In this document: in pieces, positions 60,947-64,000 of the stretch
Position numbering within the stretch: the first letter of the stretch is position 1
Layout of the letters: every line of letters begins with the position of its first letter
NCBI GenBank assembly: GCA_049903315.1
Contig: JBNGBT010000007.1
Span: forward strand, 6,561-70,560
Direction: 5' to 3'
DNA length: 64,000 nt
DNA from: Candidatus Cloacimonadota bacterium
GTDB lineage: Bacteria; Cloacimonadota; Cloacimonadia; JGIOTU-2
Translations under genes and position numbers: made by a program
Notes under the pieces: generated by a model
Databases searched by the model: none
Seen by the model: the letters and a program-made list of their open reading frames with translations, nothing else
Told to the model about the DNA's origin: nothing

Positions 60947-61089
60947 ATGAACTCCTGAATTTATTAATCGAATGTTTTTTCATCGCAGCTTATGTTTGTG
61001 TCAAGACTTTCATGTCTCACCACGATTTTGTTGACACAGAGTGATGTGCCTATGATAAATATTCAAGAATATTTAAAAAGAGGTTTCAA

Positions 61090-62358
61090 ATGCCAGTAAC
61101 TGTCGTCCTGGGGGCAATATGGGGAGATGAGGCAAAGGCAAAGATAGTCGATGCGCTTGCAGAAAACATGGATGCAATTGTGCGCTTCCAGGGTGGATGC
61201 AATGCAGGTCATACAGTCGTTCACGGCGATATAACATATAAATTTCACATAATCCCCGTTGGTATCCTTGATCCGGATATGATATGTATTATTGGAAATG
61301 GCGTTGTGATAAATCTTGAAAGATTATTAGAAGAAATTCAGAATATTGAGTCAAAAGGGATTCATCTTGCTGAAAGATTTTTCATAAGTTCGCAGGCGCA
61401 CCTCACACTCCCTGTTCAGACCTATCTCGATGAGCTGGGTGAAAAACTGAGCGGAAAACAAGCAATCGGAACGACGAAATCAGGTATTGGACCAACCTAT
61501 TCTGATAAAGCTGCACGGCTTGGACTGCGCATGAGTGATTTGCTCGACAAGGAATACCTTGCCTACAGATTATCAAATCTTATCAATAATAAAAGAGACA
61601 TACTCGGTTCATGGCTCGAGAATATCAGCTTGGAAGATTCTGTTGATATGCTATATGAGGTTGGAATTCAGCTCAAACCTTATATCAGCAACACTCCGTA
61701 TATGATCAACAATATGATCAAAGAAAATAAAAATATTCTTTTCGAGGGTGCTCAGGGAACACTCCTTGATATTGATTTCGGGACATATCCATTCGTCACA
61801 TCTTCAAACTCAACCATTGGCGGAGCTTTGACTGGTGCCGGTATTAATCCAAGAAGTATTAATAAAATAATTGGCGTTATGAAGGCATATTTTACCCGTG
61901 TAGGAAACGGACCTTTCCCAACTGAACTGCATGATAAGATTGGGGAATACATTCGTGAAAAAGGGCATGAATACGGCACGACGACCGGGCGTCCGCGCAG
62001 ATGCGGGTGGTTTGATGCAGTTGCCGCAAGTTTCTCTGTAATGCTCAATGGTTTTGACGAAATTGCACTTACTTTACTTGATGTCTATTCCGGCTTAGAT
62101 ACGATCGAGATCTGCACAAGTTATACATTAGATGGTCTCAAGCTCGAGGAATATCCCGTTGAAACACGGCTATTACAAAAGGTTCAACCCACATATATTT
62201 CTCTTCCAGGGTGGAAAGAAGATATTTCATCAGTGAAAATATTTGAAGAACTACCTGAAAATGCCCGGAATTTTGTCCAGACTATAGAAGAACTGCTCGG
62301 TATTCCAATTAAGATCATTTCTGTTGGTGCAAAACGCAGCCAGACAATCTTTAGATAA
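61090..62358 (+). CDS. purA: Adenylosuccinate synthetase
   Basis: GGCNAGHT, GTTKSGIGP, FEGAQGTLLDIDFGTYPFVTSSN, TTGRPRRCGWFD; P-loop reads GDEAKAK instead of the canonical GDEGKGK. Confidence 0.9.
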   Translation: MPVTVVLGAIWGDEAKAKIVDALAENMDAIVRFQGGCNAGHTVVHGDITYKFHIIPVGILDPDMICIIGNGVVINLERLLEEIQNIESKGIHLAERFFISSQAHLTLPVQTYLDELGEKLSGKQAIGTTKSGIGPTYSDKAARLGLRMSDLLDKEYLAYRLSNLINNKRDILGSWLENISLEDSVDMLYEVGIQLKPYISNTPYMINNMIKENKNILFEGAQGTLLDIDFGTYPFVTSSNSTIGGALTGAGINPRSINKIIGVMKAYFTRVGNGPFPTELHDKIGEYIREKGHEYGTTTGRPRRCGWFDAVAASFSVMLNGFDEIALTLLDVYSGLDTIEICTSYTLDGLKLEEYPVETRLLQKVQPTYISLPGWKEDISSVKIFEELPENARNFVQTIEELLGIPIKIISVGAKRSQTIFR

Positions 62359-62366
62359 AACAGTGC

Positions 62367-63008
62367 ATGAGTATCATCTGTCAAAACCTCACCTTTAGTT
62401 ACTCAAAGAAAACATCCAATCCTCGACTTATTGAAAATTTCGATTTAGAGTTGAAAAAACAAGATACACTATGTCTTTACGGCGGAACCGGTTCAGGAAA
62501 AACAACTCTATTCAATTTATTCTTTAGAATATTAGAACCAGTAAAAGGAAAAATTCTCATTGATACTATGTCATTGCATAAAGAAAAAAAACTATCCGAC
62601 AAAGTTGCATTTCTGTTTCAGGATTCGGAAAGACAATTTGTTTTCCCGTCGATAAAAGATGAATATGATTTTTTAACAAATCAAAATGAGAATATAAATA
62701 TCACACAAAATATCAGAGAGTTATGCGAAATATTCAATGTAAAAATTGGAGATCTTTTTAATAATGATATATATGAACTCTCTATGGGTGAACTCCGATT
62801 GCTTCAGATCATTTTTTCCTTTTCTGCGAATACAGAATATTTGATTGTTGATGAACCTGGAGATCATCTCGAGGATAAACTTCGCAATAAATTATTCGAT
62901 CTCATAAAATCAACCAACAATAAAGGAATACTGATCCTTACCAAATATCCGGATTTGTATGATGCTGTTGCTAATACGAGTATTCCTATTAATTCAAGAC
63001 ATACATGA
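62367..63008 (+). CDS. ABC-type ATPase-like protein (short, degenerate motifs)
   Basis: Walker A GGTGSGKTT, signature-like LSMGELRLL, Walker B LIVDEP; only 213 aa and no clear H-loop. Confidence 0.55.
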   Translation: MSIICQNLTFSYSKKTSNPRLIENFDLELKKQDTLCLYGGTGSGKTTLFNLFFRILEPVKGKILIDTMSLHKEKKLSDKVAFLFQDSERQFVFPSIKDEYDFLTNQNENINITQNIRELCEIFNVKIGDLFNNDIYELSMGELRLLQIIFSFSANTEYLIVDEPGDHLEDKLRNKLFDLIKSTNNKGILILTKYPDLYDAVANTSIPINSRHT

Positions 63009-63016
63009 GGTTTGTT

Positions 63017-64000
63017 ATGAAAAAACTACTTATATTATTAATGATACTTTTTTTGAGTTCAGTGCTTAATGCAGGTGTACAGGAAGAATTTGATTTCGCA
63101 AAAAAGATGTATGATGATACTCTTTACGAAGAAGCAATAGGAAAATTCCAGAATATTATTCAGAAATATCCGGCTTCAACTCTTGCAGAGGAAGCTCAAT
63201 TTTATTTAGGTAATTCCTATATGGAGCTCGAGCAATATGTGAATGCATCCTTTACTTATAAACGTCTTCTGGATGATTATCCTGAGACAACACTCTACCC
63301 ACAAACTGTTTTCAAGCTCGCAGAAAGTCTTTTTGAAAGTAAAAATTATTTTGAAGCAGCACAGTATTACCAGGACCTGATTTATAACTATCCTCAAAGT
63401 CCTTTTGCACTGCAATCTCTTAACAAGATCATTACTGCATTGAAAAATGCCGGTATGTATAATGAAGCGATTCTCATATCAATGGATATCGTAGAAAGCT
63501 TTACAGGCAAAGCCCAGATCCCGACTATCTTGCTCTCACTCGCATCTGTGTATCAACTCCATAATATGCCGGTCGAATATGAACAAACCCTTCTGGAAAT
63601 TGTTGAAATGTATCCTCAATCTGATGAAAAATGGGAAGCAATACAGGAATTATCACAGTATTATTACAATAATGAAATGCCCGATCAAGCCCTACAATTA
63701 CTCAAAAATGGGCTTACTGATACTATTCCTCGAGAATTTGAACAATCGCTGCTATTACTCTATGCAGAACTCCTTGAGCGGAGCGGGGAAAAGCATAAAT
63801 CTCTGGAACAATATATGGAATTTTATCGAAAATTCGACACATACCCACAACGGAATAAAATCGCTTATAAGATTGCTTCTCTCCAATTTGCACTTGAAGA
63901 ATATAAGAATACAATCCTCACCTGCAATGAATTTGAGCAAAATTTCCCTATGGACGAGGTTACTCCGCAAATCCAATACCTGCTTGCATTTGCACAATAT
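63017..64000 (+). CDS. TPR-repeat protein with signal peptide (3' end outside window)
   Basis: ATG at 63017; open to the window end (328 codons); signal peptide MKKLLILLMILFLSSVLNA; repeated TPR-like helices. Confidence 0.6.
   Translation, partial: MKKLLILLMILFLSSVLNAGVQEEFDFAKKMYDDTLYEEAIGKFQNIIQKYPASTLAEEAQFYLGNSYMELEQYVNASFTYKRLLDDYPETTLYPQTVFKLAESLFESKNYFEAAQYYQDLIYNYPQSPFALQSLNKIITALKNAGMYNEAILISMDIVESFTGKAQIPTILLSLASVYQLHNMPVEYEQTLLEIVEMYPQSDEKWEAIQELSQYYYNNEMPDQALQLLKNGLTDTIPREFEQSLLLLYAELLERSGEKHKSLEQYMEFYRKFDTYPQRNKIAYKIASLQFALEEYKNTILTCNEFEQNFPMDEVTPQIQYLLAFAQY

Overview
AT-rich, densely coding bacterial chromosomal segment. Several large secreted proteins end in a type IX secretion (T9SS) C-terminal sorting domain, which suggests an FCB-group-like organism, possibly Cloacimonadota-like (inference only). 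Metabolic genes look anaerobic: a split B12 acyl-CoA mutase, a tryptophanase-family lyase and an archaeal-type LeuC/LeuD hydro-lyase. Recognisable housekeeping genes are obg (3' fragment), dprA, an orphan groES with a CIRCE-like operator, nadK, a pgsA-like gene, rpsT, purL-lgt-purB-purS-purQ, comF, purA, corA, apbE, folE2 and nif3. A four-tRNA cluster (Ser-Ser-Gln-Gln) sits on the minus strand at 13545-13908. No CRISPR array or rRNA was found. The most interesting observations are: (1) two paralogous loci encoding a GlmL/MutL-type ASKHA ATPase module, fused in one locus (968 aa) and split in the other (632 + 374 aa), neither beside a B12 mutase; (2) a tightly packed four-gene cluster of unrecognised membrane proteins followed by apbE; (3) a T9SS beta-helix gene split by one in-frame TGA; (4) an AT-rich single-gene islet carrying a DUF4238-like protein; (5) a GC-rich, strongly codon-biased 949-aa T9SS cargo gene next to a Wzy_C-TPR gene; (6) a G10 homopolymer between divergent genes; (7) an IS200/RAYT-type transposase with no visible flanking REPs. 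All calls rest on reading the translations and sequence by eye; no database search was run.
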